A stretch of 64,000 nucleotides of DNA from positions 96,001 through 160,000 of the forward strand of contig CAWBKP010000021.1 in assembly GCA_963789395.1 (NCBI GenBank), in the 5' to 3' direction. The DNA is from an uncultured delta proteobacterium (GTDB lineage Bacteria; Desulfobacterota; Desulfobacteria; Desulfobacterales; Desulfatirhabdiaceae). Position 1 is the first letter of the stretch. Each line of letters starts with the position of its first letter. A model generated the notes under the pieces. That model did not search any database. It had not been told where the DNA came from and saw only the letters and a list, made by a program, of their open reading frames with translations. The translations under genes were made by a program, and so were the position numbers. Positions 51,147 to 62,060 of the stretch are shown here, in pieces.

Positions 51147-51246
51147 GTGCCTGAACGAAAGGACTTCAAATATAAATTCGAAATTCGAAGCACGAAATTC
51201 GAAACAATGACCAAAAAGAATAAATTCGAATTTTCCTCTCAGGCAC
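51147..51246. mobile_element. Short MITE-like insertion in the lexA leader
   Basis: Ends gtgcctga/tcaggcac are inverted repeats; interior aaattcg heptamers shared with 486-520. Confidence 0.55.
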
Positions 51247-51271
51247 GATGCAGATGGAGATCGGGGGGAAT

Positions 51272-51889
51272 ATGGAGAATCTTACCCAGCGCCAGCAGCA
51301 GGTTCTGGACTTTATCGGCCGGTGTATTGACACGCAGGGGGCGCCGCCGACCCTTCGGGAAATTTCTTCGCATATCGGCACCAGCGGCACCGTGACCGCG
51401 CTTCGCCATGTTGAGGCCATCGAGAAAAAAGGCTATCTGCGCCGCAGGGAAGGCAGTGCCCGGGGCATTGTCCTGACCGGAAAAGCCGCAAGATCCGAAG
51501 CACTGGTGCTGCTTCCCATCGTCGGAACGGTCAGCGCGGGGCTTCCCCAATTAGCGGTTGAAAGCATCGAAGGCTACTGCGCCATTTCCCCGAAATGGGT
51601 GAAAGGCGACGGCTGCTTCTTTCTGAGGGTCAGGGGGGACAGCATGATCGAGGCGCATATCCTTGACGGCGATCTGGCCCTGATCCGACCCCAGCCGACC
51701 GCTGAAAACGGGGAAATCGTGGTTGCGCTGATAGATGATGCCGCCACCTTGAAACGCTTTTACCACGAAGGCGATCACATCCGCCTTCAGCCCGAAAACC
51801 GCAGCATGCAGCCCATCCTGATCCGCCGAAGCGAGGCACAAACCGTCATTGTCGGAAAACTCCTGAAAACCATACGGAGCTATGACTGA
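51272..51889 (+). CDS. lexA: LexA repressor
   Basis: LTQRQQQVL, PPTLREI, Ala-Gly site VSAGLP, GDSM, ATLKR. Confidence 0.93.
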   Translation: MENLTQRQQQVLDFIGRCIDTQGAPPTLREISSHIGTSGTVTALRHVEAIEKKGYLRRREGSARGIVLTGKAARSEALVLLPIVGTVSAGLPQLAVESIEGYCAISPKWVKGDGCFFLRVRGDSMIEAHILDGDLALIRPQPTAENGEIVVALIDDAATLKRFYHEGDHIRLQPENRSMQPILIRRSEAQTVIVGKLLKTIRSYD

Positions 51890-51891
51890 AA

Positions 51892-52137
51892 ATGGTGCCA
51901 AGAGGCGTTCCCATCCGCATTGCCGTCATCTATGAACCGGGGAAACGCATCCGGCCGGTCTGGTTCGAGCTGAACCGCAGGCAGTACCGGGTTGTGGAAA
52001 CCACCTACCACTGGCGGGACAAGATCGGCGAAGCCCAGTTTCTGCATTATACGGTTACGGACGGCGAGGCTCTGTACGAGCTTGTTTTCAGCCCCCTTGA
52101 TCAGATCTGGACCCTGAACGCCCAGCAGACGGAGTAA
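51892..52137 (+). CDS. Small hypothetical protein coupled to the Y-family polymerase
   Basis: PVWF...YRV...HW...YTV...YELVF...WTL; stop overlaps the polymerase ATG. Confidence 0.75.
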   Translation: MVPRGVPIRIAVIYEPGKRIRPVWFELNRRQYRVVETTYHWRDKIGEAQFLHYTVTDGEALYELVFSPLDQIWTLNAQQTE

Positions 52138-53423
52138 TGACCATGCCGGCAGACGCAGCAGCCATACCACCGGCAGGTGGCAAAACGGCCATAACGGAGC
52201 GGATCATTCTGCATATCGACATGAACGCCTTTTTCGCCAATGTCGAGCAGCAGGCCAATCCGGCCCTGCGGGGAAAACCCATTGCCGTCATCGGCGCCGG
52301 CGGCAGAACCGTGATCACAACCGCCTCCTACGAAGCCAGAAAATACGGCGTCAAGACCGGCATGGCCGTCTGGGAGGCAAAACGCCAGTGTCCCCATATC
52401 ATCCTGGTGGTGGGGGACAACCGTAAATACACCTATACCTCATCCCGGATTTTCGGCATGATGCTGGACTACACGCCGCTGGTGGAGGTGTTCAGCATCG
52501 ACGAAGCCTTTCTCGATGTCACCCGTTCCCTGAAGATTTTCGGAACCCCGGAGCGTATCGTGTACCTGCTCAAGGCCCGGATCAGGCAGAGTTTCGGCCT
52601 GACCTGCTCTGTCGGCGTTGCGCCCAACAAGCTCCTTGCCAAGCTTGGCAGCGACATGAAAAAGCCGGACGGGCTCACGGTCATTCGCCCGGATGACGTA
52701 TCCCGGGTCATGGACTCCCTGCCCATCAAGGATCTGTGCGGTATCGGCTCGCGCACGGAACGGCGCCTGAATCTTCTGGGGATTAGAACCTGCGGGGACC
52801 TGGGGCGGTTTCCGGTGGACATCCTGAAAAGAAAGTTCGGGGTCATCGGCCAGCGGCTGCACGAGATGGGGCTGGGCAGGGATGACAGCCCGGTGGTTCC
52901 GGCAGGCGAGCAGGACAGGGTCAAGTCCGTGGGGCATTCCATGACCCTGCAGCGGGATATTTCCCGAAGGCAGGACATTCTCAAATATCTGCTCCAGCTC
53001 TCCGAAATGGTGGGCAGGCGGGCCAGGCGCTATGGCGTTTCCGGCAAAACCGTCAGCCTCTATGTCCGGTATGCCGATTTTTATTCCAGCTTCGGCAGAC
53101 AGCAGACCCTGGCAGCTGCCATCAGCCAGAGCGATGACATCTACAAGGCGGCGGTCGATATCCTGAATACGGTCGAGCTTCAACAGCCGGTGCGGCTTCT
53201 CGGGGTCCGGCTTTCCAATCTGCGGCATCAGGCCGGCCAGCTTCCGCTTTTTCCGCAGGAACGCAGAAAGGCGCTCATGGTCCGGGCCATGGACGCCGTC
53301 AACAACCGCTACGGCGACTTCACCGTCACCTTTGCCAGCCTTCTGGACACCGAGGAAAAAGGCAGCCGTGTGATCTCGCCGGCATGGCGGCCGGACGGGA
53401 TACGCTGCGTCGATGTCCAGTGA
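52137..53423 (+). CDS. dinB: Y-family DNA polymerase (DinB/PolY)
   Basis: HIDMNAFFA, ASYEAR, SIDEAF, NKLLAK, clamp motif QLPLF. Confidence 0.92.
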   Translation: MTMPADAAAIPPAGGKTAITERIILHIDMNAFFANVEQQANPALRGKPIAVIGAGGRTVITTASYEARKYGVKTGMAVWEAKRQCPHIILVVGDNRKYTYTSSRIFGMMLDYTPLVEVFSIDEAFLDVTRSLKIFGTPERIVYLLKARIRQSFGLTCSVGVAPNKLLAKLGSDMKKPDGLTVIRPDDVSRVMDSLPIKDLCGIGSRTERRLNLLGIRTCGDLGRFPVDILKRKFGVIGQRLHEMGLGRDDSPVVPAGEQDRVKSVGHSMTLQRDISRRQDILKYLLQLSEMVGRRARRYGVSGKTVSLYVRYADFYSSFGRQQTLAAAISQSDDIYKAAVDILNTVELQQPVRLLGVRLSNLRHQAGQLPLFPQERRKALMVRAMDAVNNRYGDFTVTFASLLDTEEKGSRVISPAWRPDGIRCVDVQ

Positions 53424-53470
53424 TGGATGCCCGCGAACCGGGTGAGGTGCCGGCGCTCAAAAACGGCAGC

Positions 53471-53674
53471 CTATTTGAATGCCGCCCCTTCTTTGACCCC
53501 GAAGAATTTCAGGATGATCGCCAGCGGGCAGAATCCGGTAAAGGCGGATTGCAGCAGGTTGGCGCCCACAAAAGCCGTAAACCACAGCCAGTAATGGCTG
53601 TGAACCACGGACAGCAGCAGACTGATCAGGATAAAGCTTCCGGCAAAGGCCAGGACCATTCGATCAAGTGACAT
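53471..53674 (-). CDS. DUF2892 (YgaP-like) membrane protein
   Basis: [17 protein letters not shown]. Confidence 0.85.
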   Translation of the reverse strand: MSLDRMVLAFAGSFILISLLLSVVHSHYWLWFTAFVGANLLQSAFTGFCPLAIILKFFGVKEGAAFK

Positions 53675-53788
53675 GATGTTTCTCCTTTGATGGATATGTT
53701 GAAATTCGAAATCATTTTTTCTATGATGATCCGGTATCTGAAAGAACGTTACGGGACATGCCGGAAATTTGAAACAGCAGGCTATTTT

Positions 53789-54119
53789 GATGAACTCACA
53801 AAAAGTCAAAAATCGGACGACTTCGTAAAAAGTTCGCAGGCAAGGTGCGCGCGCCGGAGCGTTTGGCGACAAATCCTGAGGATCGGCGTTCCGCCTGCCG
53901 TACTTGTTGTCCGCCGCAATGACGAAGGATGCAGCGCAACGCAGCATCCGGACTTTTTATCATGAAAATAGATTTTCCCCCCCTTTGGAAAAGGGGGGCC
54001 AGGGGGGATTTCGGATGAACTGTTTGAAAATCCCCCTCAATCCCCCTTTTCCAAAGGGGGAAGACCTTTTCATTGACGTGGGCGAAATCCTGATTTCATT
54101 AACGTTTACGGAGCCGTCA
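53789..54119. mobile_element. MITE-like repeat copy A, interrupted by a second element
   Basis: Starts gatgaactcacaaaaagtc, ends tttacggagccgtca; 53913-53944 is the exact reverse complement of 54901-54932. Confidence 0.7.
53960..54104. repeat. REP-like double palindrome element nested in copy A
   Basis: ccccctttggaaaagggg and ccccctttttccaaaggggg hairpins in inverted arrangement; flanked by ttta on both sides. Confidence 0.65.
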
Positions 54120-54231
54120 ATTTTTTTATTGATTGATTTTCCAAAAAGTGATGAACTCATCATCAGCAGAAGTTGAGACCACACCGAGTAGACAGTTCAC
54201 GATCAAGACACCATTCAAAGGAGGGGTTCCC

Positions 54232-54624
54232 TTGCCGATCACACCTGTCCAAACCAGTCATGCGCCGGCTGCCATCGGGCCGTATTCCCAGGCCGTTGTT
54301 TCAGAACCGTTTGTTTTTGTCAGCGGCCAGCTCGGGCTGATTCCCGCTACCGGTGACCTGGCGGGCCCGGACATTACCGCCCAGGCCGCGCAGGCGCTCG
54401 AAAACCTGCGCCAGATCCTTCTGGCAGCGGGTTCCGACCTGAACCACGTCGTATCCGTTGATGTCTACCTGACCCACATGGGAAACTTTTCCACCTTTAA
54501 CGGCATTTATCAGCAGGTTTTTTCCGGCCACCGACCGGCCCGGGCCGTTGTCGAAGTCAGCGCCCTTCCCAGGGGCGGCTGTGTCGAGATCAAGTGCATG
54601 GCTGTGCGCAGCCCGTCAAATTGA
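54232..54624 (+). CDS. ridA: RidA/YjgF family enamine deaminase
   Basis: APAAIGPYSQA, SGQL, RPARAVVEVSALP, VEI; TTG start after AGGAGG. Confidence 0.9.
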   Translation: MPITPVQTSHAPAAIGPYSQAVVSEPFVFVSGQLGLIPATGDLAGPDITAQAAQALENLRQILLAAGSDLNHVVSVDVYLTHMGNFSTFNGIYQQVFSGHRPARAVVEVSALPRGGCVEIKCMAVRSPSN

Positions 54625-54875
54625 TCTGTTTTTTGAATGCGGAGTATAACATGAGCATTTCTGAAACTGCCTGAACCCGTCAAGGGATGTCCGCAACTGG
54701 TTCAAGGAACAGCACAAGATTCTTGAAAATCCGCGGAAACCCGGAGGCGCCTGCCGTCCGCCTTTGATATCCGCCCGTTCACGCCGGTGTCAAAGGCACT
54801 TTATTTTTCCTTTCCCGCTTTTATCGAATTGGAACCTTTCCGCTGCAATGTCCGTATTTAACTCGGATGTTTTTT

Positions 54876-55026
54876 GATGGCTTCGTAAAAAGCCCAATCT
54901 CTGCGTTGCGCTGCATCCTTCGTCATTGCGGCATACGATAAGTACTCATCATTCCTCAGAATTTGCTCGCCTTGATCTTGAACTTTTTACTTTGCCATCT
55001 CAATTTTGACTTTTTACGAGTTCATC
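54876..55026. mobile_element. MITE-like repeat copy B (inverted relative to A)
   Basis: Terminal inverted repeats gatggcttcgtaaaaagcc / gactttttacgagttcatc. Confidence 0.72.
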
Positions 55027-55331
55027 TTTTTTAATGCTTTCAAAAAAACTGCTAAAGTATTTCACATAAAAAGGCGATATGCAGTATAAATGCAATTCAT
55101 TTATTGGTTCGTTATATAATATTTGTTTGATCGCAGAATGATTATTCCGGAAATTGACACATTGAAGCGGTACGGCCAAATTCTGTTTTATCGCAGCGTA
55201 TCGAAAAGTGAGGAGGTGGGAATTGTTGAGAGCGTTCGTTGAGCTTTGACCGTTTCAGCGATCGGAAACTGTTTGGTCGCGGGTGAGACCATGGGGGATT
55301 ATTAATTCATAGATAATGTACGGAGGATGTT

Positions 55332-55895
55332 ATGAAAAGAATCGGAATCGTTGTGCTGGTGGTTTTTTTTGCAATAATTGGCTTTCAAACCCTGCCTGTC
55401 CTGGCGGATAAAACACCGGATGAGCTGGCAAAAGAAACCGAGGAAGCTTGTGCGGCAACTGCTGCAACCAAACCCACGCCGCAAATGATCATGGACAAGG
55501 TGAACCAGGCGTGCGCGCTTCTGCAGAAAGAGGGGAAAGCGGGTTTTTCAAAATTCAGCGGCAAAGACAGTGAATTCGTTTTTGCAGGCACCTATATCTG
55601 GATACACGATATGGCGGGTGTGATGCGAATGCACCCCATCAAGTACAAGATGAACGGCCAATCCCTTGTCGATTTTAAAGATCCCAATGGTAAGCGGTTT
55701 TTTAATGAAATGAACAAAGTAGCCAAGGAAAAGGGAGCCGGATGGGTGGATTACATGTGGCCGAAACCCGGCGTAAAAGAACCCTCCCAGAAGGTTTCTT
55801 ATGTGAAGTTGTGCAATGTTCAGGGAGAAGATCTGGTTATCGGGTGTGGTGTGTATGATCTGCCGGCAGCCGATGTGCAAAAACTGCTCAAATAA
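55332..55895 (+). CDS. Exported stand-alone single Cache domain protein
   Basis: Signal peptide; [36 protein letters not shown]. Confidence 0.88.
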   Translation: MKRIGIVVLVVFFAIIGFQTLPVLADKTPDELAKETEEACAATAATKPTPQMIMDKVNQACALLQKEGKAGFSKFSGKDSEFVFAGTYIWIHDMAGVMRMHPIKYKMNGQSLVDFKDPNGKRFFNEMNKVAKEKGAGWVDYMWPKPGVKEPSQKVSYVKLCNVQGEDLVIGCGVYDLPAADVQKLLK

Positions 55896-56044
55896 TCTCA
55901 ATGGATGCGGCCTGTCCTTGTGCATTGGTACCTGCGGCGGATATAAAACGATTATATGTTGTATTGCCGGAAAACAGGGGGGATGATTCAAAAGGACAGG
56001 TCTGCATTTCTGTTTCCTGTAGCGCGAGAAAGGAAGTCGATGAA

Positions 56045-57928
56045 ATGATGAAAAATGCGGAAAAATTCAGCCTCAATAAAAAATTATATGGTTTTGTGGC
56101 AATTGCCTCATGTCTGGTGCTGGCTGTTGTGGGATTGGGCATTTTTTATTATTCACGTATTGAGGCGGCTAACCTGCTTAAGGATGATGTCAATACGGTT
56201 GTTGAGAAAGTTCTGGCTACACGCGTGACGGAAAAAACCTATTTGCAGTTCTATACGGCCGAACTGAAAAAACAGTTTGACGAAATGACCCGGGATGTAA
56301 CTACCCATGTGAGTGCGTTGAAACAAAAAACAACCAATGCCGCCTTGACCGCGCACATCAACACCATCGGTACCGAATTCGACCGATATCAGAACCTGTT
56401 TAATGAACTTGTTGACGTTCATAGCCAGCAAAACAGTTTAAAGGCGGAAATGGTCAAGCCGCTCCAAACGTCCGAAACCCTTCTGCAGATCATCATCACC
56501 GAGCTGGTAAAAAAGCAGGCTGTTTTGCGAATGGAGGGGGATGAACTCGGCGGCAGTGATCTGGGGATGCTCAATACCGTCAGAGACTGCAGAACCGCAT
56601 TTATCCAGTTGCAGACCCTGCAGCTGCAATTTATGATGAGCGGCGATGAAAAGTTTATTGCAGAATACAAGAAGCTTGCTTCCGGAGAGGTTCAGGAACT
56701 GCTTGAGGCACTGGAACAAAACGCAGTGGCAACAAAGAATGAAAGTTCCATCAAGACCGCTGCCACGGTCCGGGAATCCCTGGATAAGTTCGTTGAATTC
56801 ATAGCACAATCTCAACAACTCTACGAGAAGGAAAGTCAACGGGTCAAATCCCTGAATGACGCCGGAAAACACATCATCGGAGCGGCAAATGCACTTCTGG
56901 AGCAGGCGGATCAATCCATAATCGGGCAGAAGCGATCGGCGGTAATGTTCATATCCGTCATGGTCCTTGCGGGTATCCTTTTCTTCTGGGCCCTGTCTTT
57001 TATTCTGGTGCGGTCCATCACCAAGCCCATTCACTCCGTGATTGAAGGGTTGACTGAAAGTTCGGAGCAGGTGGCTTCGGGTTCCGGCCAGATTGCTTCC
57101 GCCAGTCAGCAGCTGGCGGAAGGGGCATCCGAGCAGGCGGCGTCTGTCGAAGAGACGTCAGCCTCAATCGAAGAGCTGTCCGCAATGACAAAACAGAATG
57201 CGGACAATGCCGAGCAGGCCAGTAAGCTCATGACGGAATCCAGGCTCACCATTACAAAAACAAATCAATCCATGGAGCGGTTGACCGGTTCCATGGGAGA
57301 AATCTCCAGGGCCAGTGAAGAAACCCAGAAAATCGTCAAGACCATCGATGAAATCGCCTTTCAAACCAATCTGCTGGCGCTGAATGCCGCTGTTGAGGCA
57401 GCCCGTGCAGGTGAGGCGGGCGCCGGGTTTGCCGTTGTCGCCGATGAAGTGAGAAATCTTTCCAAGCGCGCTGCCGAAGCTGCGAAGAACACCTCCTCGT
57501 TGATTGATACCACCGTCAAGACGGTCAGGGAAGGGGCCGGTCTGGTTGAAAACACAAACAAGGAGTTCAATGACGTCTTGATCAGCGCAACGAAAGTAGA
57601 ACAGTTGATTGGCGAGATAGCCGCGGCATCCCGTGAACAGGCCCTGGGCATTGAACAGGTGAACAATGCCGTATCAGAGATGGACAAAGTGATCCAGCAG
57701 AATGCCGCCAATGCCGAGGAGTCCGCTTCCGCTTCCGAGCAGATGAGGGGCCGGGCAGCAGAGATGAAGGAATTTGTTGAAGAATTGGCGGCATTGGTCG
57801 GCGGCGGGGGACAACGGAACGGCAACGAGCCGATTGAAATTGAAAGTGGACGGAATCTTGCCGAGACGGCATTGATGCCATATCATGCGTCCAGGGATCT
57901 CATGCATCACCGGAGGAATCAGGGCTGA
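56045..57928 (+). CDS. Methyl-accepting chemotaxis protein
   Basis: Two TM helices around a helical sensor; [34 protein letters not shown]. Confidence 0.93.
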   Translation: MMKNAEKFSLNKKLYGFVAIASCLVLAVVGLGIFYYSRIEAANLLKDDVNTVVEKVLATRVTEKTYLQFYTAELKKQFDEMTRDVTTHVSALKQKTTNAALTAHINTIGTEFDRYQNLFNELVDVHSQQNSLKAEMVKPLQTSETLLQIIITELVKKQAVLRMEGDELGGSDLGMLNTVRDCRTAFIQLQTLQLQFMMSGDEKFIAEYKKLASGEVQELLEALEQNAVATKNESSIKTAATVRESLDKFVEFIAQSQQLYEKESQRVKSLNDAGKHIIGAANALLEQADQSIIGQKRSAVMFISVMVLAGILFFWALSFILVRSITKPIHSVIEGLTESSEQVASGSGQIASASQQLAEGASEQAASVEETSASIEELSAMTKQNADNAEQASKLMTESRLTITKTNQSMERLTGSMGEISRASEETQKIVKTIDEIAFQTNLLALNAAVEAARAGEAGAGFAVVADEVRNLSKRAAEAAKNTSSLIDTTVKTVREGAGLVENTNKEFNDVLISATKVEQLIGEIAAASREQALGIEQVNNAVSEMDKVIQQNAANAEESASASEQMRGRAAEMKEFVEELAALVGGGGQRNGNEPIEIESGRNLAETALMPYHASRDLMHHRRNQG

Positions 57929-57964
57929 AAATGATCCGACGGGTGTGAAAACCGCTGCAGTTTC

Positions 57965-58015
57965 CGGCGACCCCCTCCTCCGGCGAAGGGATTTGTATCG
58001 CGGAGGAGATCGCCG
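57965..58015. terminator. Hairpin between convergent genes
   Basis: cggcga..ctcctcc / ggaggag..tcgccg. Confidence 0.45.
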
Positions 58016-58044
58016 CATCTGTCTGAAAGTAGCTGAAACAGGTG

Positions 58045-59235
58045 TTAGGTGGATAAAACAGCGATCAGGACTTCGATGTAAAAGCGCGCATGGCTGATGG
58101 GAGCGGCCATGTTGGCCCGGTGATTGGCCAGAATTCCGCTGAAATCGCTGTCTGTGACCAAAAACCAGGGTTCAATTTCCGAAGCCCGTTTACAGGATGC
58201 AATGGCATGATGAAGAATTTCCATGCCGTGACGGGTTTCCAGCGTGGGTTGAAAATCTTCCATGACAGCTTCCAGAATGGTTTCCAGAGCGCTCGCAACG
58301 CCTTTTGCATAATAAAAATAATCATCCACCCGGAACCAGCTGACAGGGTCGCCGTTTGATTCCTTGGTTTTTATCAGGTTCTCATCACAGCTTCCCAGCA
58401 GATTGTCATACGTGGCAAGAAGCGGCAGCAGGGTATCGGCACGCGAATAAAAAACCGCCGCACCATTTTCAAGATTGTTTTTATACGCCGCAATTTCAGC
58501 CAGTGCATCCTCATAGCGCGATTCGGGCGAGGGAAACCAGTAGCGTTCGGGTTTGGTCATCAGCCAGTCCATGGCGCGTTCCAGGTTCTTGTTCAGGGAT
58601 TCCACGCTTCCGGTTCTGGAAAGACGTTCCGTCAAAATAACGGTGGTCCGTCGCGTCACTTCAAGAACGCCCAGTTGAAAATTGTTGATATTATCCGTGA
58701 AGTCTAAAATATCATTGGGCCGCCATCCCCAGAAACGATCGTTCAGTTCATGGGAAAGGGGCCTGATGGTGGCGGTAACAAAGGCAACGCCCGGGGTCTT
58801 TTTATCCACAGGCTTGGATGAATCCAGTCCATGAGGGATGATGGCGGGCGAGGAAACAGCAGGCATTTCCCCGCCATGTGACGGCGCGGACGGTTTTTGA
58901 GAACCAGGGCTGAGGGCATGAACGGATGTGCCAGGATCACCATGCAGCGGAGCACCCGGCCCAGGTTTCGATTCTTTTGCAAGGGAAGGGACTGGCGACT
59001 GCCCTGTGGAATCGGCATTCGGGGTTTCTCCGGCTGCCTGGGTGTGGGCGGTTTCGGAATTCCGGGGAGAAGGGATCTGGGCACTGGCAGACGGTTCCCG
59101 CGGCAGAACCGTAACAACGCGCGGTTCGGACTTGCTGAGAAGTCCCAGTACGGTTCCTGTAAGCCACAGGATTGCAACCGTCAACAGCAGGCCGGTAACG
59201 ATCCGCTGCGTGGCAAATTTTTTAAATGCTTCCAT
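58045..59235 (-). CDS. DUF2333 family protein
   Basis: N-terminal TM, Pro/Ser linker, WGWRPND, DNINNFQLG, RADTL, DDYFYYAKG, NHRANMA. Confidence 0.75.
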   Translation of the reverse strand: MEAFKKFATQRIVTGLLLTVAILWLTGTVLGLLSKSEPRVVTVLPREPSASAQIPSPRNSETAHTQAAGETPNADSTGQSPVPSLAKESKPGPGAPLHGDPGTSVHALSPGSQKPSAPSHGGEMPAVSSPAIIPHGLDSSKPVDKKTPGVAFVTATIRPLSHELNDRFWGWRPNDILDFTDNINNFQLGVLEVTRRTTVILTERLSRTGSVESLNKNLERAMDWLMTKPERYWFPSPESRYEDALAEIAAYKNNLENGAAVFYSRADTLLPLLATYDNLLGSCDENLIKTKESNGDPVSWFRVDDYFYYAKGVASALETILEAVMEDFQPTLETRHGMEILHHAIASCKRASEIEPWFLVTDSDFSGILANHRANMAAPISHARFYIEVLIAVLST

Positions 59236-59246
59236 GATGTCTCCTT

Positions 59247-61157
59247 TTATCCATTCCTGAGTTTGCGAATATCTCCGACACGAATGGTCACATTCCGTGC
59301 ATCAAAATATTCGATGATCGGTATCACAAATTTTCGGGATGCGCCAGTCATATCCTTGAACTGGGGCGTTGTGATTTCACCGTGGATGTTCAGGAACGCG
59401 ACAAGCTTTTTCTTGATCATCTGGATGGCTTCCTGGTGGAAATACAGATCGTCCTTTATTCTGACGATCAGCCCTTCGTCAACCAGAACATGCAGGACTT
59501 CTTTTGACTTGGTTTCATCCAGGTGCTGGGTTTTACAGAATTCCTTGAAATAGGGAGGCGTGAGGCCATTTTCCTGGTAGGCATCCAGGATTTTCTTGCG
59601 GACGTCCGTCTGATCCTGGCCCAGGGAAACCGTATGGGTTGACAGGCGGATCACGTTTTCTTCCTGAACCACCTGTCCGGCTTTGACCATCTGTTGAATC
59701 ATCAATGTAAAAAGCTTGGGACTGATCTGGGGCGGCAATCTGGATTTCAACTCTTCCTTGGACATGCCGGGCTTCAGGGGGTTGGCTTTATGGAAAGCGC
59801 TCAGCAGGCCGCCGGCCTCGGCAAACAAGTGTTCGAAACAGGTGCGGTGAATAAAAACACGTTGTTCCCTGTCTATCATGAGAAGCTCTTTGTCCGACAG
59901 CAGCCGCTGAATGGACGCGTCCAGCTTTTTATCCGAAGTATTGGTCATGATGCGCAGATCGGAAAAGCTGATGCCCTGATAGCCGGCCTCTTGCGCGTGA
60001 TAGGTGAGCACCTCTTCCGGGGAAAGATCGACCAGTTTCTGAATGCCTGAAAAAACTTCGGGCTTGAAGCGCTTATGCTTTTGCGGAATGGGATTGAGGA
60101 TGCCGCCGCCGCCGATGGTCCGGATCGGCGAATAGCTCCGGATGACAAACCGGTCATCTTTCACCACCGCTACCGGGGCGTCGAGCCGAAGCTGGGCTGC
60201 CGTGGTGCTGCCCGGAGCAAGCTCTTCACTGTCCAGAAGGATCAGGTTTCCCAGTACTTCGCTGGTTCCGGTATGAAAGCGGATCCGCGTTCTGTTTTTT
60301 ACGGGTTTTTTATTGCTTTTCAGATAATGCAGCCCGATATCCACCATAAAGCTTGAGGTGAGCGCATTGGGGCTGGACAGCACATCCCCGCGGTCGATGG
60401 AGGCTTTTTCGAGTCCCTGGAAATTGATGGCGGTGCGCATTCCCGAAACCGCCTGCTCCACGCCGGCGTTGTGAACCTGAATGCCCCGGACTTTGGAGGT
60501 GACACCGGAGGGGTAAATCATGACCGGGTCCCCCACGCGAATCATTCCGGATATCAGCGTGCCGGTAATGACCGTCCCGAATCCCTTCATGGTAAAGACC
60601 CGGTCTACGGGAAGCCTGAACAGATTGGTTGACGAGCGTTCGGGAATTGCGGCGCTCAGGGTTTCAAGGGCCTGTATCAGTTCGGGGATGCCTTGTCCGG
60701 TCATGGAAGAAACCGGCAGGATGGGGGAGTCTTCCAGAAAAGAGCCTTCAGTAAAAGATCGGACATCTTCCGTGACCAGCTCCAGCCACTCTTCGTCCAC
60801 CATGTCCATTTTGGTCAGAACCACCAGGCCGTGCTGGATATTAAGCAGCGTGCAGATTTCCATGTGCTCGCGGGTCTGGGGCATGATACCTTCATCTGCG
60901 GCAATCACCATGACAACCATATCGATGCCGGTGGCGCCGGCCACCATGGTTTTGACAAATTTTTCATGTCCGGGAACATCCACGATGCCAAGATGCTGAC
61001 CATTGGGCAGATCCATGGCGGCAAATCCCAGTTCTATCGTAATTCCCCTGAGCTGTTCCTCTTTTAATCTATCGGTATTGATGCCGGTCAACGCCTTGAT
61101 CAGGCTGGTTTTTCCATGATCAATATGTCCTGCTGTGCCAAGAATGATCTGTTTCAC
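59247..61157 (-). CDS. selB: Selenocysteine-specific elongation factor
   Basis: [30 protein letters not shown]-terminal winged helix [13 protein letters not shown]. Confidence 0.96.
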   Translation of the reverse strand: MKQIILGTAGHIDHGKTSLIKALTGINTDRLKEEQLRGITIELGFAAMDLPNGQHLGIVDVPGHEKFVKTMVAGATGIDMVVMVIAADEGIMPQTREHMEICTLLNIQHGLVVLTKMDMVDEEWLELVTEDVRSFTEGSFLEDSPILPVSSMTGQGIPELIQALETLSAAIPERSSTNLFRLPVDRVFTMKGFGTVITGTLISGMIRVGDPVMIYPSGVTSKVRGIQVHNAGVEQAVSGMRTAINFQGLEKASIDRGDVLSSPNALTSSFMVDIGLHYLKSNKKPVKNRTRIRFHTGTSEVLGNLILLDSEELAPGSTTAAQLRLDAPVAVVKDDRFVIRSYSPIRTIGGGGILNPIPQKHKRFKPEVFSGIQKLVDLSPEEVLTYHAQEAGYQGISFSDLRIMTNTSDKKLDASIQRLLSDKELLMIDREQRVFIHRTCFEHLFAEAGGLLSAFHKANPLKPGMSKEELKSRLPPQISPKLFTLMIQQMVKAGQVVQEENVIRLSTHTVSLGQDQTDVRKKILDAYQENGLTPPYFKEFCKTQHLDETKSKEVLHVLVDEGLIVRIKDDLYFHQEAIQMIKKKLVAFLNIHGEITTPQFKDMTGASRKFVIPIIEYFDARNVTIRVGDIRKLRNG

Positions 61158-61201
61158 TGTTGCCGGGCTCCTTCATCATGTTTTTTTGGGGAAATGCGCA
61201 G

Positions 61202-61369
61202 TTATTTCCTTGCCCTGAAATATTCAAACACATAGGCCATGCCGACCAGAAATCCCCAAAGCCCCGCGGTGTAAGTCATCCGGGCCTGGGGGTAGAAGAT
61301 TCGGGTAAGTATGACCGCAAAGGCCGCTCCCAGAACAGCTCTTAAAATAAAAATATAAAAACGTGTCAC
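61202..61369 (-). CDS. Small two-TM hypothetical protein
   Basis: GTG start, two hydrophobic segments, basic C-terminus; upstream of selB. Confidence 0.55.
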   Translation of the reverse strand: MTRFYIFILRAVLGAAFAVILTRIFYPQARMTYTAGLWGFLVGMAYVFEYFRARK

Positions 61370-61539
61370 AATTCGGCCTTTCCCTGTTGACGATTTCAGG
61401 TACATCCATCATTATAATCTATAGTAGAAGGCAAACCGGGTCAATAGATGATTGTGTGAAAGCTGTCCGGAGCCGGGCCGGCTTTCCAGTCGAATTGGTT
61501 TTCGTCATAGTGCCGCAACCGTATCAGGTATCTCTGCCA

Positions 61540-61974
61540 ATGATGACTTTCTTATCTCATTATGGTTACAGCTCTTTGTTTTTATTGAGCTTTATGGCTT
61601 CAACCGTCATTCCCGTCGGTTCAGAGTGGCTTCTGGTCTCCATGGTCATGAAAGGATTTGACCCGGTGCTGACCGTATCCACGGCAACTGCAGGCAACAC
61701 CCTGGGGGCATGCACCACCTATGGCATCGGGATTTGCGGCAGCACGTGGGTGATTCGGAAACTGTTCAGAATGGATGAAACATCGCAGCAACGCGCCGAA
61801 AAATTTTACGGCAAGTATGGGGTGTGGTCCTTGCTCCTTTCGTGGCTGCCCCTGGTCGGGGATCCGATCTGTTTTGCCGGCGGGGTGCTTCGCATCCATT
61901 TCGGCGTGTTTGTGGTGCTGGTCTTGGCCGGAAAATTGTTCCGATACGGCATCCTGGCGATCCTGGTGTTATGA
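61540..61974 (+). CDS. YqaA/DedA family membrane protein
   Basis: SFMASTVIPVGSE, GNTLG, LLSWLPLVGD, GKLFRY. Confidence 0.88.
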   Translation: MMTFLSHYGYSSLFLLSFMASTVIPVGSEWLLVSMVMKGFDPVLTVSTATAGNTLGACTTYGIGICGSTWVIRKLFRMDETSQQRAEKFYGKYGVWSLLLSWLPLVGDPICFAGGVLRIHFGVFVVLVLAGKLFRYGILAILVL

Positions 61975-62060
61975 TGCCCATTGATTTATTGCCGTAAAAA
62001 GCATATGGAAAATGGTAATTTCAAGTTTGTGGTTTCATCCCTAACGCAGGAGGCCCGATC

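Noticed and set aside
380..55026. Periodic repeats as CRISPR arrays
   Set aside because: No constant repeat with unique spacers and no cas genes
55030..55331. c-di-GMP riboswitch ahead of the Cache/MCP genes
   Set aside because: No GEMM-type two-hairpin pattern found
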